Source of the DNA: Azolla caroliniana
Lineage: Eukaryota > Plantae > Polypodiophyta
Assembly (NCBI GenBank): GCA_043228905.1
Contig: JBHGNT010000003.1
Coordinates: 8,308,001-8,372,000, forward strand
Direction of reading: 5' to 3'
DNA: 64,000 nucleotides
The notes under the pieces were generated by a model. That model saw nothing but the letters and a program-made list of their open reading frames with translations. It was not told the DNA's origin and ran no database searches. Below are positions 39,109 to 52,127 of this stretch, one piece after another. Each line of letters begins with the position of its first letter. Position 1 is the first letter of the stretch. Position numbers and translations under genes: made by a program.

Positions 39109-39479
39109 TGTTGGCCGGTCAGAGAAGGCAAATGGGAAAGCAAGGTCGGATCGGATAAATATAGAAATAGGAATAGAATTATTAGGAGGGACGGATCCGG
39201 TAGTTGTAACCGATCCGGATCCGAACCGATTCGGTTTCGGTTAACGGTTGCTTATCAAGCACCGATTGTAATCTGGCCGGATGCCTATAAAAGGATCCGA
39301 TGTTTTGTAATGAAGAAAAAAAGAATTAATATAGTTTTGCTTATGCTGATTAATCTTGTCTTCGTCTGTGCTTAAGTGTAATTATCATACGCGTGTATTA
39401 ACATCCTATCCCTACCACCCCTTTGGAGAAGTGTCGGATAGACACCTGTGTTGCGGCTAGTCCAGCCATACATACAACA
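39109..39479 (+). repeat. 5' LTR of C2
   Basis: Repeat of 48853-49223. Confidence 0.96.
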
Positions 39480-39485
39480 CTATTT

Positions 39486-39497
39486 TGGCGACCACGA
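39486..39497 (+). promoter_or_regulatory. PBS, probably tRNA-Arg(UCG)
   Basis: TGGCGACCACGA 6 nt after the LTR, conserved in C1 and C3. The tRNA identity is from recall of Arg-UCG 3' ends. Confidence 0.65.
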
Positions 39498-39531
39498 TTC
39501 CTGCAGAGTGCAGAGGACAACCGGGGGATGG

Positions 39532-42500
39532 ATGTCTAGACAAAATAACGACCACATCACCGAACGAGGGAGACGCCACGCCGAACGGCAGCGACGACGG
39601 GAAGCCCTGCAGCAAGCCGTCGACGAGATCCGGCGCGATCGGTCATTCTCAAAAACGCTTCGGCAAATCGCAGAAGACGCACTGCAGTTCCAGGTTCTAC
39701 AAGCTTCCGACGAAGGCAGTAGCATAACCAGCCTCCAAGAAGCGGAGACACTACTACAGACTCTCGCTGGCGGCGACGGGGACGCAGCGGCATTTGCAAC
39801 ATTAGAGGCGGATTCGGATAGCGGGGAAAGCGTGGGATCCCGCTATAAAAGCAGGCACGAGAACAACCCCTTTGAGTCGGATCACTCAGCAACATCGGAG
39901 CCAGAGGAGGAACTAACTCTGGAGTTCGGTGACCGGCAATCGCCGAGGAGGGAGGAGCGGATACCAACACCACCCGCGGAGGAACCGCAGGAGCGGTTAT
40001 CAACACCACCCGCGGAGGAACCGCAGGAGCGGATACCAACACCACCTGCGGAGGAACCGCAGGAGCGGAGACCGACATCGGAGGAACCAGCGCAGGAGAA
40101 TCAGTGGGACGACACGATGCCGTATCCGTACCCAAAGTATCGGGATGAGCCCGACGGAGAGGCACATGTGTATGCATTCCTGCGAACATGGGAAGCCAAC
40201 CACGTGTCCCAGAGACTGACGGAGCCCGAGGCCGACCGATCCAAAGTCGCCGAATTCGGCATGACATTAGAAGGACCGGCGGCCCGGTGGCACGACAAGC
40301 ACTTACCAGGCAGCTTCGCCACGTTCGAGGCATTGAAAACCCAGTTTTTACGCTTGTTTCATAGACGAGTGGAACAAAGGGAATTGGTCGGACAATTCTA
40401 CACCACTCGGCAGGGAGAAAACGAGACGGTCCCACAATTTATCATTCGTTTCCAGACCTTGCACAGTCAATTAGCAAGAGCACCACCCGAAGAGGAGGCC
40501 AAGGCAGTCTTTTTGGCTGCGTTAAAAGACCCACTTCGAGCGATGTGTGGAATCATCGATTTCAGCACCAGCACAATGGACCAAGTCATTGATCGGGTCC
40601 TGGAAATGGACAACACGAGCCCCTTCTTGCCGATGGGGGCGTTACACCAGGCGCTTCCGAAGGAGGAGGACCTCCGGTTCCGACAAGCCCTACAATGCAC
40701 AACATGCCGAAATTCGGGGCACTCGACCGTTGACTGCACCCTGCGCGCACAGTGCATGATATGCAATTCTCGCGCCCACACAACGAACCAATGCGAGTAT
40801 AACCTGTTAACTCGACAAGCGGCACCGGTCCGACACATAGAACCGCGCAATCGGGACCCGGAAGAGGATCGATTCCGGAGGGACGACCGCTACCGACGAG
40901 AACGCGGCGACAGATACCCCGATAGAAGACGCGACAGCTATGACCGAGAGGAGAACCGAAGGGATAGCTACCCCCGGGACCGGTACGACCGAGAGGAGAA
41001 CCGAAGGGATAGCTACCCCCGGGACCGGTACGACCGAGACGAATCCCCGGAATATGAGCGACGCAGAGAAGAAAGGCGGCCAGGGAACCGGAATTTCCGA
41101 CGGAACCAAAGGCGTGGATTCTTCCGTAGAGAGGAGCGTCGGGAGGCAACAAGGAATGACAAACCAGTAGCGGCACCGGAGAACCAAAAAACCGAGGACA
41201 ACCGCCGGGGAATGCCCCTCCCCCAAACATGGGAAAAAGGAGAATCCAGCAACACGCACAGGGTGTACTGTTATTACTGCCGAAAAGAAGGGCATTACAG
41301 TAATCAATGCCCAAGCAAAACAGCCGACAAGCAGCCAGCAGTCAACATGGTGACAGCCGAAGTACAGCAGGTTACCACGCGGTCGAAAGGGAAGGCCGCC
41401 GAATGGGAAGCCCAGGAAGCAATCAGAAAACAAGCGGCACAATGGATCAAGGAAGCCAACGAACAAGGTGCGGCGGAAGTAAGAAACCAAAATATGCCAA
41501 GGGAGGAGGAAATCGTACAGCCAGGAGAAAACCCGACATGGCAAGCACTACAAGATTGTCAGATCGTGCTGCCGTTGGCACGGTTACTACAGTTGGTGCC
41601 GCGGTTTACAGCAGACTTACAAGCCGCCGTGAGCAAACCGACGCCAACGCCGGCACCGGCATTTTTCTCCAACCCGGAGGAAGGCCCAGCGGTGGTTGAT
41701 ACCAGTAGCCCAGCAATCACGACAATCGTCAAAGGAAAGGAGATTCCAGGAACAATTATTGACGGAGGCTCCGGGGTGAACGTCATTAGTCGACAGACAT
41801 GCGACGACCTAGGCATCCAGGAGTGGGAACCATGCCCCTTCTGGTTACGCATGGCGGATACAAGCTCAGTCCGACCAACTGGTCTTATCCGGGACTTGGA
41901 AGTAACAATAGGAGGCCACGTATTCTGAATATCGGCCGTGGTACTAGAGCTGAATGTACAAGGCGCATATCCCCTACTGTTAGGACGACCATGGCTGCGA
42001 ACGGCGCATATCAAGCAAAACTGGCAAAAGAATATGATCACGTTCCAACGAGGGAAAACAAAGGTACGGGTAGCCACGCAACCACGGGTGCTCACTAGCA
42101 AGGAGGCAACCCCTTTATATGCCGAAAGCATCAACATGTTGGAGGGCTTACCAGATGAGGAAGTTGATCGGTACCTCGAGGAACACCCACAGATCGTCCC
42201 ACTTTTTGAGGTGGATATCACGGCAGCGGTAGAGCCGTACATCACAATGCCGGACGAGCCGGACAAAGTGGCGATCCGGGAACTACGCCAAGCACAGGAA
42301 GCCCTAGAAAGAGAAATGACGATATCCCAAAGGGTGAAAGCATCTCAGCTGGAAGAGGTGGACCTCGGCACAACAGAACAACCCCGACCGGTAAAAGTCG
42401 CGAAGGAATTGCCGAAGGAGGAAAAACAGGCAATGGTAGCACTATTAACGGAATTCAAGGACGTGTTCGCATGGTCATACGAAGACATGCGAGGGTTGGA

Positions 42501-45288
42501 CCCCCAACTCTACCAGCACCAAATTCATCTAAGTACTGACGCGAAACCCATCGCTCAACGTCGGTACCGGATGAATCCAAACTATGCGGCAAAGGTGAAG
42601 GAGGAAATAGACAAGCTTCTCCGGGTCGGATTTATCCGACCAGTCAAGCAGGCAACCTGGCTAAGCCCGATAGTGGTGGTCCCGAAAAAGAACGGCAAAA
42701 TCCGGGTATGTGTGGACTACAGGAAACTAAATGCCGCGACAGTGACCGACGCTTTTCCACTACCATTCACGGACGGAGTGCTAGATGCGGTGGCCGGCCA
42801 CGAAGTTTACAGCTTCCTGGACGGATTCAGCGGCTACAACCAAATCCGAATGAACCCGGCGGACCAAGAAAAAACAGCGTTCGTGACGGAATGGGGAGTG
42901 TTCGTCGCGGTCGTGATGATGTTCGGATTAAAGACAGCCCCTGCAACATTTCAAAGGATAATTATGGAAATCTTCGGTGATTTTATTCCCGGTTTTATGC
43001 AGGTCTTCCTAGACGATTTCGCCGTCTACAGCCGACACGGAGAGCATCTCGATCACCTACGACTATGCTTAGAAAAGTGCCGCGAGTACCGATTAAGTCT
43101 GAACCCGGCTAAGTGCGTCTTTGGAGTCGCAAGCGGCAATTTGTTAGGCCACGTGGTGAGTCGAGAAGGAATCGCGGTAGATCCGGATAAGGTAAAAGCA
43201 ATTCTCGACGCACCGGCACCGAATAGCGCAAAAGCTTTAAGCCGATTCCTTGGTCAAATAAGGTGGCATAGTCGGATGATACGGCACCTTGCCGACTTTG
43301 CGACACCATTGCACGCTGCTGTACATAGAGTACCTTTCCAATGGACAGAAACGGAGGAGAAAGCCTACCAAGCGTTGAAGGTAATGCTGTCACAAGCTCC
43401 GGTGGTGCAGCCGCCGGACTGGAGTAAAAGCTTTCACGTCTTCGTCGACGCGTCGGACGTAGCAATCGGCAGCGTTTTGATGCAACTCACGGAACCGAAC
43501 TGGTATCGGCCGGTGTACTACGCAAGCAGGAAACTCTCGAAAGCCGAACGGAACTACTCTACAACGGAACGAGAGGCATTAGGAATGGTGTACAGTGTCA
43601 CAAAGTACAGGCACTATCTGCTCGGACGAAAGTTCTCCTTCCACGTTGACCACTCGGCACTACTCTACCTGGTCTCAAAGGCAGCCCTGACAGGAAAACT
43701 CGCACGGTGGACGCTGCTATTACAGGAATTCGAATTCGACATTTTCCACCGACCCGGGGTGCAGCATGTGGTAGCAGACTATCTGAGCAGGCTAGAATCC
43801 GGAGAATCAGGGGACGGCGTACAGGACGAATTTCCCGACGCCGAGCTGTTTAAGGTCACGACGACACCGGCAACGGAGACCACAGTGGCGGACGAAGACA
43901 AATGGTTAACCGAAATGCATCAGTTCCTGAGCACCGGAGTTCCCCCGGAAAACCTGGACCGAGACGAACGGAAGAGGATGGCAGTACGGAGCAGACATTT
44001 CTGCTTGGTAGGAGACACCCTCTATCACAAGGGGGCAGATGGCGTATGGAGGCGAGCAGTGCGGAGCGATGAAAAGGATCTGATCCTGAGGGAAGCCCAC
44101 TGTGGAATTGCAGGCGGGCATTATGCCGGCGAAACAACAGCCCGGAAGATATGGCAGAGCGGACTATGGTGGCCGACTACCATGAGAGATGCCGTTAAGT
44201 ATAGCAGGGAATGCGACCTGTGTCAACGACTGGGCCAACCCTCGGAGCAGGCCCGGATGCCACATCACCCGGTCTTGCCATTAGAACCATTCCAAAAGTG
44301 GGGCTTAGACTTTGTCGGCCCCTTCAAGCCACCGGCAATGCGAACCGGAAATCGGTATATAATAGTGGCTACCGACTACTGCACCAAATGGGTAGAAGCA
44401 AAGGCACTACGGGACAACACGGCGGCGTCCACGGCCAAATTTTTATATGAATGCATATGGTGTCGGTACGGATGCCCGATTGAGCTGATCAGTGACCAGG
44501 GAGGACATTTCCTCGGGCAGGTGGTGGAAAGTTTGACCTCATTCTATGCGGTAGTACACAAACGAAGCACTCCCTACTACCCTCAAGCCAACGGATTAGC
44601 GGAATCAACAAACAAAACGCTACAGAACATCCTTAGAAAAATCGTCAATGAGAACTGGACCGACTGGGACACGAAGTTGCAGAGCGTGCTGTGGGCGTAC
44701 CGAACGGCGTACAAGACCAGCATCCGGACGACCCCGTTCCGACTGGCATTCGGCTTGGAAGCAGTCATGCCAGTAGAATTCCAAATTCCTAGCTTAAGAA
44801 TACAGGTTAAGGAGCGGTTAAGCGAGAAGGAATCCGAACGAATCCGGCTGAAGATGCTGTTAGAACTGGAAGAAAATCGAATAGCCAGCCTGCTACAGCT
44901 AGAACTAGAGCAAGGGAGGAGGAAAGCCTTTGTAGACCGACACCGGCGCGGTAACGAAAAGGAATTCGAGGTCGGGAAACCTGTATTACTGTTCCAGACA
45001 AGGATGGGGAGCATGCCAGGGAAATTGCGATTTCGGTGGACCGGACCATTCTGGATCACAAAGGAGTACAATGGGTCTTACCAGCTCGGGACGTTGTCAG
45101 GAGAAGTTGTGGGCAAATGGGCAAATGGGTTTCGCCTAAAACCGTATAAGGGGCACATGCCAGCTAACCCCTTCAAGCAAGACCCGGAAAACCCGAATGG
45201 CGAGGAACCGACACCGACGCGTAACAACGACGAGGAACCGACAACAGTGCGCACCGACCCGAACACATCGGGGGGAACCGAACAATGA
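39532..45288 (+). pseudogene. gag-pol: C2 gag-pol with a single in-frame stop (41926, CGA>TGA relative to C3)
   Basis: ORFs 39448..41928 and 41938..45288 share a frame; motifs CYYCRKEGHYSNQC, IIDGGSG, FLDD, VDASD, WGLDF. Confidence 0.95.
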
Positions 45289-45299
45289 TGCGCCATATG

Positions 45300-45344
<45 letters not shown>

Positions 45345-45706
45345 ATGACGTGGTGCTACGGTCAAGAAGATCAAGAAAATCATGGTAATGATGAAGGAAG
45401 TAGTTACAACCGTCACACGGGTGCACGAGCTATTTAAAGCACAGAACGTGGGGGGCCGAGGTACAGGATTTAAAACGCGCGTCAATTAAGGAGTCATAAT
45501 GACAGACACGTAGGAGATTCGACACACGCGGCAAAGAAGCGCAAGCATGACACGCGGCAGCAAAGGACAGACATACTATTCATGACACAGCATGCGCAGG
45601 CGCCAACAATAGGACAGGCTATTCATGACAGAGCATGCGCAGGCGCCAAAAATAGGACATGCTATTCAAGGCAGAACACGTGCAGCCGTCAAAATTAAAG
45701 AGTGAC

Positions 45707-48700
45707 ATGCTAATTATGGCAGGGGACGCGCGAAAAACAGGAAAAGGCGGCTCGAGGGAAACGCCACTATATAAAGGAAGAACCGGGGAAGGGTTCACTT
45801 TTTACGAATTTTCCCACAAGCAAACGCAGGCTCAAGACAGCAAGATCCGACGCGCAGAACACCTACACCCCGACCTCAGACCACAGGCAGCAGCAGACGA
45901 AGAAGAAGCGATGGCACTGTCGGACGGAGCGCGACAATGGCTGACGGAGAACGGATTAGGAGGGCTGCTGCGGGTCGCTGACGCTCCACCACACAAGCAA
46001 CCAGAGCAGGCGGCAACAGCGGTGGACTTAGCAGAGGTCACTGAAGGAGCGGTACAAGCGCTCACAGGGATTTCGGAGGGAGGACTTCAGACGATAGAGC
46101 TACCCTCGAGCCAAATATTCTTCGAGTATTTCGGCGAATACTCCCTTAGCAGCAAGGCGTATCGCACACAGGGCGGAGAGAACCTGCTGTTCGGAGAGGT
46201 GGCCCGCGCCCTGATGGAGTACGGGTTCGTGAACCCTCGTCCGGCAGCCATAGCCAAATACCGAGCAGCGATCGTCATCGCGACATTCGAAGGCCTGCAG
46301 GTGGACTGACTCCATTTCATCACCGAAGGACTGAAAGAGGCGATCAAGCACTTAGTGGAAGGGAAGAAGCCATGGGCCGGAATATCCCAATGGTTAACAG
46401 TGTTGGTCCCACCGGTGTCCCCCATCAAGCACAAGCAAAGAAGTCGGCAGGAGACTACCCCGAACCAAACCATGAAGCGCCGACGAATCCTAGAGAAACA
46501 CACTCCAGGATGGACACAGGAAGAAGAAGCGCCGCCAGAAGAGGGATCATCCCGACAGCCGCGGAAAGAAGGCTCATCTCGACAACCGAGGGAAGAAGAC
46601 TCCTCCCGACAGCAACGGGAGGAAGGCTCATCACGGCAGCCACAGAAACAGCAACAGCAACCGACAACGAAGAAGAAAAAGGCGGAAAAAGGCAAGGAGA
46701 AGGTGGCAAAGAAGACCAGCAAGAGGCAAACCGACACCGAACCAGTAACGCTCGAATCGGAACCGGTACCAGTAAAGGAACCAATAGTGGCACCGACGGA
46801 GGACGCTGAAACAGAGGAAGACTCATCCGAACCGATGTTAATACTACCACCTAGGCAAGGAAAGGAGAAACGAGCGACAAGACCGACCCCAACAGCGGAC
46901 GGAACTCAGCAAAGGGCAAAAGAACCGCCTCCAGTAACCGGAACAGAAGCGACACAGGATGAAGATCCGTCTGCACCAAAGACGGCAGTACCGGAACCGA
47001 CGGCGGCGGAGTTCGAAGAACAAAGAAAGGAACAAGCGCCGGAACAAGAGAAGAGGCCGGAGAAACAGCCGGAAAAACAGCCGGAGCTAGGCACGCCTGC
47101 TGACACCAACGAAGGCAGAACAAAGGCACAATGGCTAAGGTGGTTGTCAGGACAGTTGTCGGGAGTAGCAGACCAGATGGAGAAAGAGGAGGAGCAAAGA
47201 GAAGAAGTGACTAGGACGATGACTAAGGATATGGTCATGCTCCGGGCACAATTACATGAACTGCAAGAAGAGCTAGCACAGGCAAAAGAAGGCAGCCGAC
47301 AAGCACAAGATGGCACCGAGCCGGTCGGGACATCAGAAAAGCAAGCCGAACCAGAAACGGAGAGGGCCTTGCAAACCGGCCCTGAGACCGAGAAGTTAAT
47401 AGCAACTTTGAAAGAAGAATTACAGGCTCAGGAGGCATTGAGAGATAACGAAAGAGAACAGCGGAAGTTGGTAGAAGACGACAGACGGCGAATGGAGGAA
47501 GGCCTTCGCCGAAGCAAAGCTACCAATGACCGACTACAAGAAGAAAACGGGCTGCGCCGACGAATGGAGCAGGAAATTGAGCGGTTGCGAGAGGAACTCC
47601 GACAACAAAAGGACCGGGATGATCAGTTGCGAGCTCAGGCGAACCGACGCCTAAAACAGAAGACGGAGGAATTCGACAGATTATGTAAGGATTATAAACA
47701 GGCCACGTCGGACATCAAGAATCAGGCAGCAACGTACGACCGACAGATAGAGAAGCTGAAAGAGCAGCTCAAGGAAAACCGCTTGGAACTGTCCAAAGCA
47801 AGGGAGGAAGTATCGGCGGAGAAGACCTTGACGTCGGAACAAAGAAAGGAGATGGAAGTACTTCGGCAGAAAGTAGGGGAGCTGACAAAGAGCAGGAATG
47901 AGGAGAAAGTGAAGTTGACTTTCGAAATCAACAAATGGCGGAGTACCTGTGACAAGCAAAAAGTCGACTCTGAAACTCAAGCTCAGTTAATGGCCGACAT
48001 CATCAAACGGATAAGGAAGGAAAAACAAGCAGCTTCGGAAAAGGCTAAAGCAGGGGTTGACCGAATTAAGTTCATCATGTCAAGCTGGAGTACCCGAGCT
48101 CAGGCCAGCATAAATGAAAGCACGGAGAAACTCTGGAAGGAATGGGCACAACAGGCAGCTGAACTGCAGATACTCCGAGCTGATGCAGAAAATCGGAAGA
48201 AAAACGGAGATGGGTTCTATAAAATGGACGAAGAAAGTATCGTCAACATCCGGGAAGAACTGTCGGAGGATTTCTATGCTCTAGCAGAAGAGCATCTCAA
48301 GGAAATCCGAGGGTTAGTAGAGAGGTTGGATGACGGGCAGCTCGAAACCCAACTAGAATTGGAAGGGTACGAGAAGGACCGACTGCGACAGGAAGCCGAG
48401 GGACACACAACGCCGATCTCCATTAGTGAGGGCGAGCGACCGGCTGAAGAGGACCCAACCAACAATGCACCCCGACAAGAATTACCCGAGGAAGAACTTC
48501 CGGAGCAAGAGCAGGTTGATGCCGGGGATGATGCAGAGTGGAGACAGAGAAGTACCGAATCCGGGGAGGAAAGGACACAACCAGTGGAAACCGGAGAAAG
48601 CGATACCGGGAACGGAACGGAGGTAGAGCAGGACAGACCCGGACAGGATACAGAAGAAACACCGGTACTACCGGTAGAAGCAGAGTCGGAGCAGCAAGAT

Positions 48701-48802
48701 GCGAAAAGGCAGCCAATCCAATCGGAAGTCGGAGACGGCACAGGCAAAACAACACTTGAAACCTCTGAGCGGAGTTTGCTGGATAATTTGGAGGAAGACT
48801 GA
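45707..48802 (+). pseudogene. C2 extra ORF with one stop (46307, TGG>TGA) and a 24-bp deletion relative to C3
   Basis: ORFs 45659..46309 and 46355..48802 share a frame. Confidence 0.88.
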
Positions 48803-48852
48803 AGCCGGCTGTGGGTTCGAAGTGCAATGCACTTTCCCACGGGCGTGCCATG

Positions 48853-49223
48853 TGTTGGCCGGTCAGAGAAGGCAAATGGGAAAGCAAGGTCGGATCGGAT
48901 AAATATAGAAATAGGAATAGAATTATTAGGAGGGACGGATCCGGTAGTTGTAACCGATCCGGATCCGAACCGATTCGGTTTCGGTTAACGGTTGCTTATC
49001 AAGCACCGATTGTAATCTGGCCGGATGCCTATAAAAGGATCCGATGTTTTGTAATGAAGAAAAAAAGAATTAATATAGTTTTGCTTATGCTGATTAATCT
49101 TGTCTTCGTCTGTGCTTAAGTGTAATTATCATACGCGTGTATTAACATCCTATCCCTACCACCCCTTTGGAGAAGTGTCGGATAGACACCTGTGTTGCGG
49201 CTAGTCCAGCCATACATACAACA
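48853..49223 (+). repeat. 3' LTR of C2
   Basis: Repeat of 39109-39479. Confidence 0.96.
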
Positions 49224-49228
49224 AAGAA

Positions 49229-51707
49229 TCGAGCACATGGCTCTTAGACTCGGGCGCGTCATTTCACGTGACTCCTCATCGATCCCAATTCCGGCAATAT
49301 ACGATCCGTCACTCCGACTCAGTTCGAGTCGGCAACTCACAACACTGTGACATCATCGGAATCGGCACAGTAGAGCTCAACCTTGCAGGTGGCTCTACAC
49401 TTGTACTCCACAATGTCCGACATGTACCCGAGCTCTCAAGGCCATTGATCTCAGTCGGACAACTAGATGAAGACGGCATTCGTGCCGGTTTTTCTTCGGG
49501 AGGGTGGACACTCCACAGGGGGAACCTCCTGCTTGCTAGAGGACCCAAGATACACTCCCTGTATCCGTTACATGTTACGCTCAGAGAGGGTAACCTGTTT
49601 TTGGTGGATATTCCTGTGTCATCACTATGGCACCGAAGATTAGGACACCTCAGCAAGGCCGGCATCACGCACCTATCTAGAGCCGGATACATCCCCAAAC
49701 TCTCCTTCTCAGACCATCAATTTTGCGAGCATTGCCAGTATGGCAAACAAGCAGCCGCATCACACCCGACATCAGCACCAAGAGAAACGAGACCTCTCGA
49801 TTTGGTCCACTCGGACGTCTGTGGCCCAATGCCGCATCAGTCTCTCGGCGGTGCCTCTTACTTCGTCACTTTTATTGACGACTCGACTCGAAAGGTGTGG
49901 GCTTATCCAATTCGCACCAAAGATCGGGTCTTCTCGATCTTCACCGATTGGCTCGTTATGGTAGAAAATCAAACCGACCGAAAGCTGAAATGCTTTCGGA
50001 CCGACAATGGGGGAGAGTTCAAATCAGAAGAATTCGTCAAATTCTGCCGACAACGCGGCATCCGACGTGAATTTACGGCACCACACAGTCCGGAGCAAAA
50101 CGGGATTGCCGAACGCATGAATCGGACAATCCAAGAACGGACAGTTTCCATGCTCCAACACTCCGGACTGTCGGATGGCTTCTGGGCAGAGGCTCTACTC
50201 ACGGCAGTACACATAATCAATATGTCGCCAAGTAGACCTCTAGGACTTCAAATTCCTCAGGAACTATGGATCGGCAGTAAGCCGAATTACGACAAGCTGA
50301 GGATCTTCGGATGCGAGGCGTACGCCCTTATTCCGAAAGATGATCGCCGAAAACTTGCACCTCGGTCCAGGAAATGCATTTTCCTTGGATATGGATCCGA
50401 CGGCGAAATGGGATACCGACTTTGGGACCCCGAACGCAGACAAATCGTTCGAAGTTCGGACGTTGTGTTCAACGAGTCGGCTATGAATCCATCAGTCGAA
50501 AAACCGATCGAAGTCCGAAGGGTAACATTTTCCGATGTGCCGACCCTTCAAGAAGGCCCCGCTCTCAACACACGGTCAGCTTCACGGGTAGCTGAACCTT
50601 ACACTACCGACTCGGACAACTCCGACTCGGCACAGCAGAACAATCCGCTTTCGGACCATCCGACCTTGATACCCGATGCGACCAGTCCAATCTTACCTCG
50701 CCGATCCGAGAGACTGTCGCAACCTCCGGAGAGGTATTCTCCTGGAATTTTCTTCACCGACGCCGGGGAACCGACGTCTTACGAAGAAGCATCGACATCT
50801 GTCGATTCCGCCACCTGGCATCTGGCGATGGAGTCGGAAATGCACTCCATTCGGGCAAACAAGACGTGGGATCTGGTCGAATTACCTAGGAACCGACGTG
50901 CTCTTCCTTGCAAGTGGGTTTATCGACTAAAAGAGACGTCTGATTCCACCACCCCAAAGTACAAGGCCAGATTAGTTGCGAAGGGCTTCCGACAAGAATA
51001 TGGCGTCGACTTCGACGAGATTTTTTCACCAGTGGTGAAAATGACAACCCTTCGTTTTCTGCTCGGCGTCGTGGCAGCCGACAACTTGGAGCTGATTCAG
51101 CTAGATGTCAAAACAGCCTTCCTCCATGGTGATCTCGAGGAGGAAATTTATATGGAGCAGCCAAAAGGCTTCGTGGCGACTGGCCAAGAACATCTAGTTT
51201 GCCGACTCAGGAAGAGTCTATACGGCCTCAAACAGGCACCGCGACAATGGTACAAGAAGTTCGACGACTTCATCCAATCGATCGGCTTCTCAAAAAGCGA
51301 TGAGGACCATTGTCTCTTTACCAACACAGCTCAAGATGGATCACCCATCTTCCTCATCATTTACGTGGACGACATGCTCATTTCTGGACGCCACGCGGGC
51401 GAACTTGCCGATCTCATTCGGCAACTGCGGTTGAAGTTTGCCATGAAGGACCTCGGTCCGGCACGACACATAATCGGCATGAAGATTAGTCGGCATCGCG
51501 ATAAACGACATCTTTTTCTGTCTCAGACCGACTATATCCGACGTGTCTTAGAACGCTTCAACATGCAATCAGCCAAATCTGCTTCGACCCCGCTCCCTAT
51601 GAATCTTCGGCTCTCTCAGCGAGACTGCCCGACATCCGGTCCGGAGGGGGAAAATATGAAGTCGGTACCGTATGCACCGGCAGTCGGCTCCCTTATGTAC
51701 CTGATGG
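49229..51707 (+). pseudogene. pol: D protease, integrase, RT
   Basis: WLLDSGASFH, LWHRRLGH, VHSDVCG, RTDNGGEF, QLDVKTAFLHG, LYGLKQAPR, IYVDD. Confidence 0.95.
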
Positions 51708-52077
51708 TGTTGTATGTATGGCTGGACTAGCCGCAACACAGGTGTCTATCCGACACTTCTCCAAAGGGTGGTAGGGATAGGATGTTAATACACACGTATG
51801 ATAATTACACTTAAGCACAGACGAAGACAAGATTAATCAGCATAAGCAAAACTATATTAATTCTTTTTTTCTTCATTACAAAACATCGGATCCTTTTATA
51901 GGCATCCGGCCAGATTACAATCGGTGCTCGGTAGGCAACCGTTAACCGAAACCGAATCGGTTCGGATCCGGATCGGTTACAACTACCGGATCCGTCCCTC
52001 CTAATAATTCTATTCCTATTTCTATATTTATCCGATCCGACCTTGCTTTCCCATTTGCCTTCTCTGACCGGCCAACA
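51708..52077 (-). repeat. 3' LTR of C3
   Basis: Repeat of 61533-61902. Confidence 0.96.
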
Positions 52078-52127
52078 CATGGCACGCCCGTGGGAAAGTG
52101 CATTGCACTTCGAACCCACAGCCGGCT

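Larger units (their letters stand above)
39109..49223 (+). mobile_element. Element C2: gypsy with extra 3' ORF, very recent
   Basis: 371-bp LTRs that look identical, TSD aagaa, PBS at 39486. Confidence 0.97.

Noticed and set aside
41926-41928. Programmed stop read-through between gag and pol
   Set aside because: C1 and C3 have Arg at this site within the protease, so it is a point mutation.
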